A stretch of DNA of 64,000 bases from a virus: positions 20,646 to 84,645 of the IMG/VR virus record IMGVR_UViG_3300036791_000797; one strand, given 5' to 3'. Positions 56,233 to 64,000 of this stretch are shown here, piece by piece. The notes under the pieces are model-generated. The model was not told where the DNA came from. It worked only from the letters and a program-made list of their open reading frames with translations, and did no database searches. Each line of letters begins with the position of its first letter. Positions within the stretch are counted from its first letter, which is position 1. The position numbers were made by a program, and so were the translations under genes.

Positions 56233-56270
56233 TTGACTTAGCAAGGATTCTTATAGTAGGGTGGCTGGCC
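56233..56270 (+). promoter_or_regulatory. leaderless promoter carrying the 19-bp box inverted
   Basis: TTGACT-N18-TAGGGT-N8-ATG; 56238-56256 is the reverse complement of the box. Confidence 0.8.
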
Positions 56271-56627
56271 ATGACCACCATTGCATCCAAGCTCCTACCC
56301 GCTGATGCCCGCCATGTCTCGCGCATCCTGACCAAGGCCGGGGTCGCCCGTCATATCGAGGGCACCCGTCGCCTGCGTGAGCAGCCCGGCTACCAGGCCA
56401 CCAACGACTACATGAGCCCCTGCTGGGTCTCGGTCGATAGCTACTGGGACAACAAGGACCGGGCCGAGCAGACGGCCTTGATCATCGAGGTCCTCACCGC
56501 CGCCGGTCTGGTGGCCGAGGCCGGTCAGTACTGGCGGGTCAAGGTCTACCGGCCTGTGCGTGACACCGAGGAGGATCAAGCCCACTACGAGCGGGCCGTC
56601 AAGCTCGGTTGGAAGGTGTTGCCGTGA
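56271..56627 (+). CDS. hypothetical protein (MTTI start)
   Basis: promoter-defined start. Confidence 0.65.
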   Translation: MTTIASKLLPADARHVSRILTKAGVARHIEGTRRLREQPGYQATNDYMSPCWVSVDSYWDNKDRAEQTALIIEVLTAAGLVAEAGQYWRVKVYRPVRDTEEDQAHYERAVKLGWKVLP

Positions 56628-56815
56628 CCACCGTCCCCATCACCGACGAGACCAAGCGGTCCACCTGCCGCCGTTGCGGCAAGCCCATCTTCCTGGTGGC
56701 GGTGCCCCAGTCCAAGACCGACCAGCACCGCTGGATCGTGGGCAACCGGCTCGCCAACTGGCACTGCGGCTCCGACCCGGCCTTCCCTGTCCGCACCCAT
56801 GAGCCCACCGGGTGA
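56624..56815 (+). CDS. small Zn-binding protein
   Basis: GTGA overlap; CRRCGKPI. Confidence 0.55.
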   Translation: MTTVPITDETKRSTCRRCGKPIFLVAVPQSKTDQHRWIVGNRLANWHCGSDPAFPVRTHEPTG

Positions 56816-56816
56816 C

Positions 56817-56852
56817 TGGACTCCTCTAAGTAAACCTGCTAATGTGCCTGCT
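56817..56852 (+). promoter_or_regulatory. boxed leaderless promoter, copy 10
   Basis: TGGACT-cctctaagtaaacctgc-TAATGT-N7-GTG. Confidence 0.85.
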
Positions 56853-57098
56853 GTGACCACCACCGAGAAGTTCCTCACCACCGAGCGCGAAGCCAACCTC
56901 ATCGTCCTGGCTCGCAAGAGCATCGAGGCGGAGTGGGGCAACAGCTTCAAGCTGCTCGGCTCCCGCATCCAGTCCGCTCTCATGGCCGAGGCCGTGCTGA
57001 ACCTGGCCTCCCTGCAGGACGCCGACGAGGTCTCCGACGAGAGCGTCCGCCGCATCGTCAACACCGGTCAGGCCTGGGCCGCCGGGTGGAAGTCATGA
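56853..57098 (+). CDS. hypothetical protein (MTTT start)
   Basis: promoter-defined start. Confidence 0.65.
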   Translation: MTTTEKFLTTEREANLIVLARKSIEAEWGNSFKLLGSRIQSALMAEAVLNLASLQDADEVSDESVRRIVNTGQAWAAGWKS

Positions 57099-57292
57099 CC
57101 ACCTTCCATGTCACCCAGTCCTCCTGGGACCAGTCCGGCCGCCGCACCGACAGCGCCGTCACCGGCCCTGTGGCCGACGCCCTGGCCGACATCGCGGCCC
57201 AGGCCCTGACCCTGTCCCCGGCCATTGGCTCGGTGGTCTTCGAGGCCCCTGACCACCACTCCCGCATCACCGTCTTCCGGGCCGCGTCATGA
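57095..57292 (+). CDS. hypothetical protein
   Basis: ATGA overlap. Confidence 0.55.
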   Translation: MTTFHVTQSSWDQSGRRTDSAVTGPVADALADIAAQALTLSPAIGSVVFEAPDHHSRITVFRAAS

Positions 57293-57495
57293 AGACCCGC
57301 ACCTTCACCGAGGAGGAGGCCTGGGACCACTCGGCCCACTTCGCCGCCCCCCACTGCCGCCGCTGCCACGGCCAGGGCACCTACTGGATCTACATGGGCG
57401 GTGAGCAGTCCGCCATCCACCTCTGCCATTGCGTCCGCAACAAGGCCGGGTTCGTGCCCGGCATCATCTACCGCCAGGACCGGGCCGATGTCTAG
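57289..57495 (+). CDS. small Zn-finger protein
   Basis: CRRCHGQG..CHC. Confidence 0.55.
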   Translation: MKTRTFTEEEAWDHSAHFAAPHCRRCHGQGTYWIYMGGEQSAIHLCHCVRNKAGFVPGIIYRQDRADV

Positions 57496-57991
57496 GGGCG
57501 GCGGCAAGGTCTTCGAGGCCTGCCCCAAGTGCAGCAAGAAGGGCCTCTACCTGTCCAATGGCTGGCCCTACTGGGGTGATGGCACCCGCTGCTGCCGGTA
57601 CTGCCACCTCACCCTCAAACCAGGAGCGACCTACGTGCCTAAAGCCACCTTTGCCCCCTACGCCACCGCCTACTACGACGCCCTGGACGAGGCCCTGGAC
57701 ACCTTCCAGTGGGCCTACCAGGACCGGGAACACAACCGGGGCGAGTTCTCCTTGGACCGCGACACCAACAAGCTGATCCTGACCATCTTCGTGGCCGACA
57801 CCGCGGACGAGTCCTACGATCCTGCAGAGAGCCCTCTGCTGCCCCTGGAGGGCCGCTTCGAGGTGGACATGACCAAGAGCCCCCAGGAGATGATCCGGGC
57901 CGCTATCCACGCCTACGTGTGCCATGAGGCCGATGAGCAGATGTGGTTCGACAACGAGCGTATCTTCGACCCTCATAAGATCGATGCCTAA
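57488..57991 (+). CDS. hypothetical protein
   Basis: CPKC..CRYC; HEADE..FDPH. Confidence 0.6.
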   Translation: MSRGGGKVFEACPKCSKKGLYLSNGWPYWGDGTRCCRYCHLTLKPGATYVPKATFAPYATAYYDALDEALDTFQWAYQDREHNRGEFSLDRDTNKLILTIFVADTADESYDPAESPLLPLEGRFEVDMTKSPQEMIRAAIHAYVCHEADEQMWFDNERIFDPHKIDA

Positions 57992-58226
57992 CCTCCGCAT
58001 CTACATGGCCTGTCAGGAGCCGGACCACAAGGCGCATTGGCACGTCACCCAGCGCAAGTGCAACTTCAGTGCCTTCAACGGCTACCGCTACAGCCGTAGC
58101 GACTACAGTCAGGTCCGTTGTCCCATCGATGGCAAGACGTGGCGCTCGAAGGGGGCCTACGTCGATGAGCTACCCGATGCTCCGCCGGATTGGAACAGGG
58201 AGGCACCGAGGAGATATGTCAACTGA
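57984..58226 (+). CDS. hypothetical phage protein
   Basis: CNFSAFNG..SDYS..W.SK..YV..LPD. Confidence 0.6.
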   Translation: MPNLRIYMACQEPDHKAHWHVTQRKCNFSAFNGYRYSRSDYSQVRCPIDGKTWRSKGAYVDELPDAPPDWNREAPRRYVN

Positions 58227-58464
58227 ACAGTTCGCATCACTGCCCGTATTCACCGTGGTTGAGACCGATGAATGGCTCATGGTCAAGACGAGCCTGAACA
58301 ACTGGCAACCCGTGGGTTGGGAAACATTCGATGATGACGATGAGCAGATGGCATCTCGTCTATTGGCCAATGGTGAGAAGTTCTATGCCAACCCCCAGGT
58401 GGTAGCGCTAGGTGGAACAGGCGCGCTGGCTGGTGAGACAATGAGCCATGGCTCAAAACCCTGA
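58216..58464 (+). CDS. hypothetical protein
   Basis: RBS GAGGAG. Confidence 0.55.
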   Translation: MSTEQFASLPVFTVVETDEWLMVKTSLNNWQPVGWETFDDDDEQMASRLLANGEKFYANPQVVALGGTGALAGETMSHGSKP

Positions 58465-58660
58465 TCTCATGAACGCCATCGGCGGAGCGCTGCCAGGAGG
58501 TTGCGCGGCTGCCGGGTCCTCCGGCGACTGGACCGGCACGGCCGCCCAGACCTTCCTGACCGGCCTGGAGACCCGCGGCTACACGGTGGTGCCCATGGTC
58601 ACCACGCCGGTCAGCTACCAGGACCCCGGCATCCAGAACTACACTCCCACCACGGGTTGA
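58448..58660 (+). CDS. hypothetical protein
   Basis: GC3-rich ORF. Confidence 0.55.
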   Translation: MAQNPDLMNAIGGALPGGCAAAGSSGDWTGTAAQTFLTGLETRGYTVVPMVTTPVSYQDPGIQNYTPTTG

Positions 58661-58691
58661 TCTCTCTAAGCAAACCTGCTAACGTGCGGTC
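58657..58691 (+). promoter_or_regulatory. boxed leaderless promoter, copy 11
   Basis: TTGATC-tctctaagcaaacctgc-TAACGT-N6-ATG. Confidence 0.85.
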
Positions 58692-58946
58692 ATGTTCACG
58701 GCCGACAAGCGTTGGTTCATCTGCAGCCACGCCCTGGAGCGCATGATCGAGTTCGGTCTCGACCGGGCCGCCGTGGTGGACATCTGCGACGACCCCGAGG
58801 TCAGCTACCCGCCCTACGTGAACCGCAACGAGCGCCGCATCTACGTCAAGGGGGAGTTCGCGGTGGTGGCCCACCCGGCTGACCGGGTGGTCATCACGGT
58901 GCTGCGGAACCTGCCCGAGTGGTGGCACCGAGTCCGGCCCGCCTGA
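58692..58946 (+). CDS. DUF4258-like small protein (possible RNase fold)
   Basis: SHALERM..VITV. Confidence 0.6.
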   Translation: MFTADKRWFICSHALERMIEFGLDRAAVVDICDDPEVSYPPYVNRNERRIYVKGEFAVVAHPADRVVITVLRNLPEWWHRVRPA

Positions 58947-58951
58947 CCGAC

Positions 58952-58987
58952 TTGACTCCTCTAAGCAAACCTGCTAACGTTCTCGCC
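58952..58987 (+). promoter_or_regulatory. boxed leaderless promoter, copy 12
   Basis: TTGACT-cctctaagcaaacctgc-TAACGT-N7-ATG. Confidence 0.85.
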
Positions 58988-59488
58988 ATGACCACCACCG
59001 AAGTACCCATCAACGTGCAGGACCTGCACATCGTGGTCGCCGCCTTGGGCGGTCTGACCAACAAGGCCTTCATCGGCTACACCGCCGTGTCCGGCCCCAT
59101 GTCCTACGACGCCGCCCTCAAGGTTTGGGAGGACCGGGAGCGGCTGCGCTCCGACCACTCCCGCAGGCGGCAGAGCCACGTCCTGCACTACGCCGTGCGC
59201 TCGGTCGATGACCCCCGCTTCGCCCCCCTGATCGGCCGGGGCTACGCCGACGGTCGCACCCGCGACGGCTTGCGGGGCAACGGCGACTACGGCCGGGTGA
59301 AGGCGGCCAAGGCCTGGGCCAAGCTGTACGGCTACGAGGGCCGGGGCGGCGGCTGGATCTACGACTCCCACGGCCGCACCGTCGTCCAGGGCTGGCAGAG
59401 CTTCGCGGAGTACCTGCGCCGCAACGGCAAGATCGCTAGGGGCTCCGACGACCTGTGGTACGTCCTCGACCGGGAACTGGCGGCCTGA
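58988..59488 (+). CDS. hypothetical protein (MTTT start)
   Basis: promoter-defined start. Confidence 0.65.
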   Translation: MTTTEVPINVQDLHIVVAALGGLTNKAFIGYTAVSGPMSYDAALKVWEDRERLRSDHSRRRQSHVLHYAVRSVDDPRFAPLIGRGYADGRTRDGLRGNGDYGRVKAAKAWAKLYGYEGRGGGWIYDSHGRTVVQGWQSFAEYLRRNGKIARGSDDLWYVLDRELAA

Positions 59489-59489
59489 G

Positions 59490-59810
59490 ATGACCTCCCC
59501 AAGCAGGAGCATCAAGCTGATCAACAAGAGCCAGCGACAGCTAGACAAGCTGATCGAGGCGGCGCAGAACGCCATCGAGTTCACCGTCCAGGGCAGAGGC
59601 GTGTTCCCTGCCGACATGCTCCGGTACGACCTGTGCTGGCCTGCCCACGAAGCCGATGCCCACTCCATCGTGACCTGGACCGACCTCGTATCCGAGAGCG
59701 GCAAGCCATTTGAGTCACGGCGCATCAACCTGAAGGGCCTCAAGCCCCCCACCCCAGCCCGCTGGGCCAGCTTCGGCTGGATGGTGGAGATCAACGGGGT
59801 GTTGGCATGA
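59490..59810 (+). CDS. hypothetical phage protein
   Basis: FP.DMLRYD.CWP..PT.ARW.SFGW. Confidence 0.65.
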   Translation: MTSPSRSIKLINKSQRQLDKLIEAAQNAIEFTVQGRGVFPADMLRYDLCWPAHEADAHSIVTWTDLVSESGKPFESRRINLKGLKPPTPARWASFGWMVEINGVLA

Positions 59811-60202
59811 GCCACGCCCTAGCTGTGCAGGCCCAGTTCGGCCCCATGGGGAAAGGCTCAGACGAAACCTGGGCACTCCTCCTGGTGGTCGACTGGATCG
59901 CACCGGAAGACCGAGCCGAGGGGATGAGTGCCCGGTATGACCTGGGCACTGCCACCATCATCCGTACCGGCCTGGAGTCCTTCAAGGAGCCAGTCCAGTT
60001 CCCCGTCTACCGCACCCGTGGCAAGCACCACGGCAGCGGCTGGGACTGGTGGCGACTCGCAGAAAATGTTGCCGACTTCCTCAACGGGGAGGCCGACAAG
60101 GTGGGGCGTGAGCCTCTCCAGGTAGTCCGCATCAAGGACATCGACAACACCCTCCTGGGATCGTGGGAGATGTGGGAGCAGACTTACGGGGGCAGGCCAT
60201 GA
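59807..60202 (+). CDS. hypothetical protein
   Basis: ATGA overlap. Confidence 0.6.
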   Translation: MSHALAVQAQFGPMGKGSDETWALLLVVDWIAPEDRAEGMSARYDLGTATIIRTGLESFKEPVQFPVYRTRGKHHGSGWDWWRLAENVADFLNGEADKVGREPLQVVRIKDIDNTLLGSWEMWEQTYGGRP

Positions 60203-60525
60203 TCAAGTTCGATGAGGACATTCACTGCCATGGCTGCGCTGGCCTGGGTGAGCATCCCCGCACTGAAAGGCCCTGCCCAGTCTGTGAGGGCACCGGCTAC
60301 AAGGCGATCCAGGTGGGCTATAGCCCCAGGTCTACTGAGCACGTCATCCTGCCTGGAGTCCTCCCAGCACGCCCTGGAAGGCCCTACAGCGCCCCTGTAC
60401 AGACAGCATGTGGCAGGAGGCTATCCGGCCTGCTGGACTCCTCTTGGGTCCAACCAGAGGCCGCTCAGAGGCGGGTGGATTGCCGAGGCTGCACCCGGTA
60501 CCTTCAGGGACTCCTCAGAAAATAA
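60199..60525 (+). CDS. Zn-finger hypothetical protein
   Basis: two CxxCxGxG repeats; ATGA overlap. Confidence 0.55.
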   Translation: MIKFDEDIHCHGCAGLGEHPRTERPCPVCEGTGYKAIQVGYSPRSTEHVILPGVLPARPGRPYSAPVQTACGRRLSGLLDSSWVQPEAAQRRVDCRGCTRYLQGLLRK

Positions 60526-60572
60526 TCGCATAGATGCCAACACATGTCTGTGCGATGCTGTATACTGATCCT

Positions 60573-60830
60573 TGTTGGCAGCACATTGAAAACCTGGGAC
60601 TGCGGAGGTGCCTCGCAAGTAACCCTATGAACCTGGCCTGACGGTTAACGACCACCAGCCCGTTGAGAATGCGGGCGGACCCCTGAACGAAGCCAGTGGG
60701 AGGGCGAAATCTGCCGGGAGCGAACGCAGAGAACAGTCTGAAAATAGCCGAGAGTAACCGGGGAGGTGCATCGATCCGGGGAGGGTAGGCGACGATAGGA
60801 CTGGCCCAGGTCTTCAATGTGCTGCTGGCA
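60573..60830 (+). ncRNA. unassigned ~260-nt structured ncRNA
   Basis: -10 TATACT (60561-66) just upstream; 26-nt closing helix with G-U pairs; nested internal helices. Confidence 0.7.
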
Positions 60831-60863
60831 CGCAACCACCAACTACCGAGAAAGCTAGAGAAC

Positions 60864-61496
60864 ATGACCGAACCCCGCTCCGAGCTTGACAGCATCACCG
60901 TCACGCTCACCAACGACGACTTCTGGCGCATCCGTACCGCCCTGGCAGAGTCTGCCATCCAGCATCAGGGGGCTGCGGATCGCTGCTCCGGTAGCAACCA
61001 GCGCAGCACCGACACCATTCTTCAGCACGAACATGTCGTCCGACGTATGCAGGACGTAGAGGAGAAACTGGTCGCTGCCTTCAACGCCCCGCCCACCCGC
61101 ACGGTCACCCTGACTGACAGCGAGGACGCCGTGGTGATCGACTCGCTCGCCATCGTCCGTGACCGCATTCGTGAGATAGGGGGCGAGAATCCCCCCAACA
61201 TCATCAGTGCGCTTGACAAGATCAAATCGCTGATGACCCCCCGCACTGTTGGCCTTCGCCTGGAGGCCATCGAGGTGCAGCCACAACCACAGCCTGGCGT
61301 GAAGATCGGTCTGATGGCACCTGACCACGATGTGCCGATGGGCACCTTCACCAACCTGGAGGAGGCCCACCAGGCTCTCCAGGCCCGCACCGATGGCTGG
61401 ACCCTGGTCGACCTCGCTGAGGGGCCGAACGAGGGCTACATCATCGAACTGGTGTCCGGTGGGCGCATAGTCAGCCTGGAGGCGAAGGACCGATGA
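60864..61496 (+). CDS. hypothetical protein
   Basis: first ATG after the RNA; GC3-rich. Confidence 0.6.
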   Translation: MTEPRSELDSITVTLTNDDFWRIRTALAESAIQHQGAADRCSGSNQRSTDTILQHEHVVRRMQDVEEKLVAAFNAPPTRTVTLTDSEDAVVIDSLAIVRDRIREIGGENPPNIISALDKIKSLMTPRTVGLRLEAIEVQPQPQPGVKIGLMAPDHDVPMGTFTNLEEAHQALQARTDGWTLVDLAEGPNEGYIIELVSGGRIVSLEAKDR

Positions 61497-61849
61497 ACCT
61501 CGACTACGTCTTCGGGCCAGTCAAGGCCACCGACAACCTGTTGAACATCCAACTGGAGTTCGTGCGGGTGCAAGACACCCAGCCAGACGACTTTCAGGGC
61601 ACCCAGCGGGGCTGGGCCTGGACCTCTGACGAGGAGAGCCTCGACATCGTGGGCGAATGCTCCGGGGGCCTCTACGACATCGATCCCATCGTGGCTATCG
61701 ATGACATGCTCGCCGCCCTGCGGGCAGAACTGGTCGACCGCCTCGACGCCTGGCTGGAGAAGCACCCCAAGGCCGCTACTGACCTGGAGAAGTACCGGGA
61801 CAATCCCTCGCAGTACTTCAAGGACCGTGAAGAGGCGGCGGCAAAGTGA
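61493..61849 (+). CDS. hypothetical protein
   Basis: ATGA overlap. Confidence 0.6.
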   Translation: MNLDYVFGPVKATDNLLNIQLEFVRVQDTQPDDFQGTQRGWAWTSDEESLDIVGECSGGLYDIDPIVAIDDMLAALRAELVDRLDAWLEKHPKAATDLEKYRDNPSQYFKDREEAAAK

Positions 61850-62247
61850 CCCCGAAGCAGGAACTGACCGCCCACATCCTGGGGGAGGAGTTGCACGCTG
61901 ATGCGCCTCCTCCCTCCCGGGCCACCCTCAATCAGTTGGCGCTCTGGCACGCCCAGGCGCACCGGGATCGCCACCTCACGCATGCCCATGAGAACCACAC
62001 ACTGCCTGGGTATCCGGTGCGGATCTTCCTGTCGCCGCCCAAGAACCCCAGTGCTTCCCGCAACCAGGATCGCAACTGGGTGCTGAACATCAGCCACCAG
62101 GGCCATGGCTGGCGTTGGGAGATGGCTGGCACCAGTGCTGGCTTCCCTGACGAGGCCAAGGTCGCCGCCAACAAGCTCCTGGGCTACGAGGCCAACTGGG
62201 TCAAGTGTGGCTGGGGCTGGGAAGTGAAAGATGGACGAGGGCAGTGA
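61846..62247 (+). CDS. hypothetical protein
   Basis: GTGA overlap. Confidence 0.6.
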   Translation: MTPKQELTAHILGEELHADAPPPSRATLNQLALWHAQAHRDRHLTHAHENHTLPGYPVRIFLSPPKNPSASRNQDRNWVLNISHQGHGWRWEMAGTSAGFPDEAKVAANKLLGYEANWVKCGWGWEVKDGRGQ

Positions 62248-62440
62248 CTGCCCAACCGGCAAGCGTCAGTACGCCACCAGAGAGGCGGCTGACGCTGCCG
62301 TCGCTGCCGGTAGACGGCAAGGCTGGCGCAGCTACAACCGCTACAAGTGCCCGCTCTGTAGGTGCTGGCACACCGGCAACAAGAACCGAGATGAGACATC
62401 CAAGAACCGTGCCCGCAGTAAAAAGAACAGGAGAAGATAA
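62231..62440 (+). CDS. small Zn-finger protein
   Basis: CPTGKRQY..YKCPLC..WH. Confidence 0.6.
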   Translation: MDEGSDCPTGKRQYATREAADAAVAAGRRQGWRSYNRYKCPLCRCWHTGNKNRDETSKNRARSKKNRRR

Positions 62441-62703
62441 TGACCGCTGAAGGCCCCTTCGTCACCAAGACCGGCAAGATCTTGACCGACCAGGACATTG
62501 AAGCCTTTGCCGAAGAGGACGAGTACAAGGAAACCTGCATCATCATCACGCCGCCAGACAACTGGCTGGGCAGCCAGGTGCTGGTGCGCCTGCCTGGTCA
62601 CATAGACCCTGCCACTGTCCAGGTGGACTTCCGCCCGGACCCCAGTGGAGTCTGGACCCCGTCCAGCTTCTTTGAGGACAGCCTGGTGGTGCGCCACCAA
62701 TGA
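62440..62703 (+). CDS. hypothetical protein
   Basis: TAATG overlap, RBS AGGAG. Confidence 0.55.
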   Translation: MTAEGPFVTKTGKILTDQDIEAFAEEDEYKETCIIITPPDNWLGSQVLVRLPGHIDPATVQVDFRPDPSGVWTPSSFFEDSLVVRHQ

Positions 62704-63050
62704 GTGACCGCCAGGCCCACATGGCCTTCCTGCAAGAGAACCTGGAAACCATTCTCAGTCGGAGCGCAGACCTGTACCAACAGTGCGGGCGAGGGCTATG
62801 GGTGTTCAAGGACAATGGTGAAGGGGCTGATGGCAGCACCGGGGTCTACATCGATGACCTGTCGAAGCTGCCTGAGGGCGATCTCAATGAACGACTGCGA
62901 GGCATGGTTGCCGCCTATGACCCCGACACCCAGGCCGTTGTACTCCTGGCAGAAAACGACGGCTCCGAGCACGCCTACACCGTGGGGCAGCGCAGCCAGG
63001 ACATGGCCCGGTGGGGCGGCGGCAAGAGCCACGAACGGCCCGCACAGTGA
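62700..63050 (+). CDS. hypothetical protein
   Basis: ATGA overlap. Confidence 0.6.
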   Translation: MSDRQAHMAFLQENLETILSRSADLYQQCGRGLWVFKDNGEGADGSTGVYIDDLSKLPEGDLNERLRGMVAAYDPDTQAVVLLAENDGSEHAYTVGQRSQDMARWGGGKSHERPAQ

Positions 63051-63631
63051 CTCGCTTCACCATCCCCACTGTGAAAGAGGTGGAGGCTGCGCTGGGTCCG
63101 AAGATGGGCTGGGCGCACGCCTGTCACGCCATGAGCCTGGCCCTAGTGCGCTCTGGCCTGTTGCCAGCGGGGGCACGGGTCGCTAGGGGTGGCACTCCTG
63201 GGGTGTCCTCACAGCACTCCTGGGCCGTCCTGGGCGATCCCTACGACCCCCGGGTGACCGTGGTGGACATCACGCTGTGGAGCTACGACCCTGCTGCTCC
63301 AGTCATCTATGTGGCGAAGGCATCCAAGCGCCCACACACCCCCCATGGGGCCGGGTCCATCTGGCAGTACGGACCCCCGCCCGAGCCAGTGGGGCCGATC
63401 ATCGAACTCGCTGTCGACCCAGGCGACGCAGGCCGAGACTTCCTGCGCCTGGCTGCGCCCGATGGCCTGGATCAGCGGGGCTGGGGTGTCCTGGCCCACG
63501 CTCCGGTCCAAGGCTGGCCCGCCAAGGACACCTTCACGGCCATGAATGCCACGCCCAAGCTGTCGGCGCTCATCCCCATCGACATCCTGGGCATGGTCAC
63601 CGATGTCAATCCGAAGGAGTTGTATTTCTGA
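63047..63631 (+). CDS. transglutaminase-like Cys-His-Asp protein, copy B
   Basis: close paralog of 48296..48904. Confidence 0.6.
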   Translation: MTRFTIPTVKEVEAALGPKMGWAHACHAMSLALVRSGLLPAGARVARGGTPGVSSQHSWAVLGDPYDPRVTVVDITLWSYDPAAPVIYVAKASKRPHTPHGAGSIWQYGPPPEPVGPIIELAVDPGDAGRDFLRLAAPDGLDQRGWGVLAHAPVQGWPAKDTFTAMNATPKLSALIPIDILGMVTDVNPKELYF

Positions 63632-64000
63632 TGGCTGAGCTAGACCTAGAGGCGCAGAACCTCCTGGTGGTGGACTGGGATTTCTTCTTCCCCACGCCTG
63701 AGGGCGATCCTGCCGCCACCATCGAGCAGATGTTCATGTACGACTGGGGCCACTCCGAGCAGAGCGCCATGGGGGACATCCTGTGGTCGATCCGGGCTGC
63801 CCAGTTCGACAGGGCGGGCTGGCCTCGCCCCCGCATGAACACCGAGTGGCATGACTTTTGGGATCGCTTCGACATCGATGAGGACGCCACCCTCTACTTC
63901 GCCAACAGCAATGCCCTGGCTGCCAACGACGAGGTGCGGCACTCGCTGGCCCCCCGCACCGGGGCGGTGTGGCTCTACGACGCCCACCATGACTCTGGCT
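63631..64000 (+). CDS. arginase-fold/UPF0489-like metallo-protein, 3'-truncated
   Basis: VVDWDFF..YDAHHD; TGATG overlap, RBS AAGGAG. Confidence 0.55.
   Translation, partial: MAELDLEAQNLLVVDWDFFFPTPEGDPAATIEQMFMYDWGHSEQSAMGDILWSIRAAQFDRAGWPRPRMNTEWHDFWDRFDIDEDATLYFANSNALAANDEVRHSLAPRTGAVWLYDAHHDSG

Noticed and set aside
15049-58987. Repeated ~40-bp motif as CRISPR repeats or integron attC sites
   Set aside because: Copies are dispersed, irregularly spaced, non-palindromic and explained by promoter geometry; no cas or integrase gene seen
60683-60709. Hammerhead-like CTGA..GA-stem-GAAA inside the ncRNA
   Set aside because: Core is CTGAACGAA rather than CTGANGA, and I could not build stems I and III with an NUH site
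60573-60830. Retron msr-msd interpretation of the terminal inverted repeats
   Set aside because: No reverse transcriptase motif in the adjacent genes or elsewhere in the window

Overview
A 64-kb segment of a large, high-GC tailed phage, most likely infecting an actinobacterium (inferred from GC content, pervasive leaderless genes and gene content). No host chromosome, integrase, tRNA, rRNA or CRISPR array is visible. Layout: (i) 1-13.9 kb DNA processing and packaging genes (PD-(D/E)XK nuclease, RuvC-like resolvase, terminase, dCTP deaminase, class II RNR, methyltransferase); (ii) 13.9-22.3 kb leftward accessory genes (ArdC, TopoVI-A-like protein, permuted HNH); (iii) 22.3-44.7 kb late/virion module (nucleotidyltransferase, three giant modular head-associated proteins, portal, three paralogous fibre-like genes); (iv) 45.8-64 kb rightward array of small accessory genes. 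Main unexplained structures: a 19-bp box (CTCTAAG-N4-CCTGCTAA) inside 12 leaderless sigma-A-type promoters plus one inverted copy; a separate late-promoter-like motif CCTGYC-N20-GAAGGRGTGA; an independently promoted, multi-stem ~260-nt ncRNA candidate at 60.6-60.8 kb and two weaker ncRNA candidates; polyprotein-like virion proteins whose enzyme modules are joined by recurring linkers; an HNH gene embedded antisense and in frame in a structural gene; and a rare-codon Leu/Val/Ile leader peptide. All product calls come from motif recognition by eye, without database searches. Several starts were moved from the ORF track to promoter- or RBS-supported positions.
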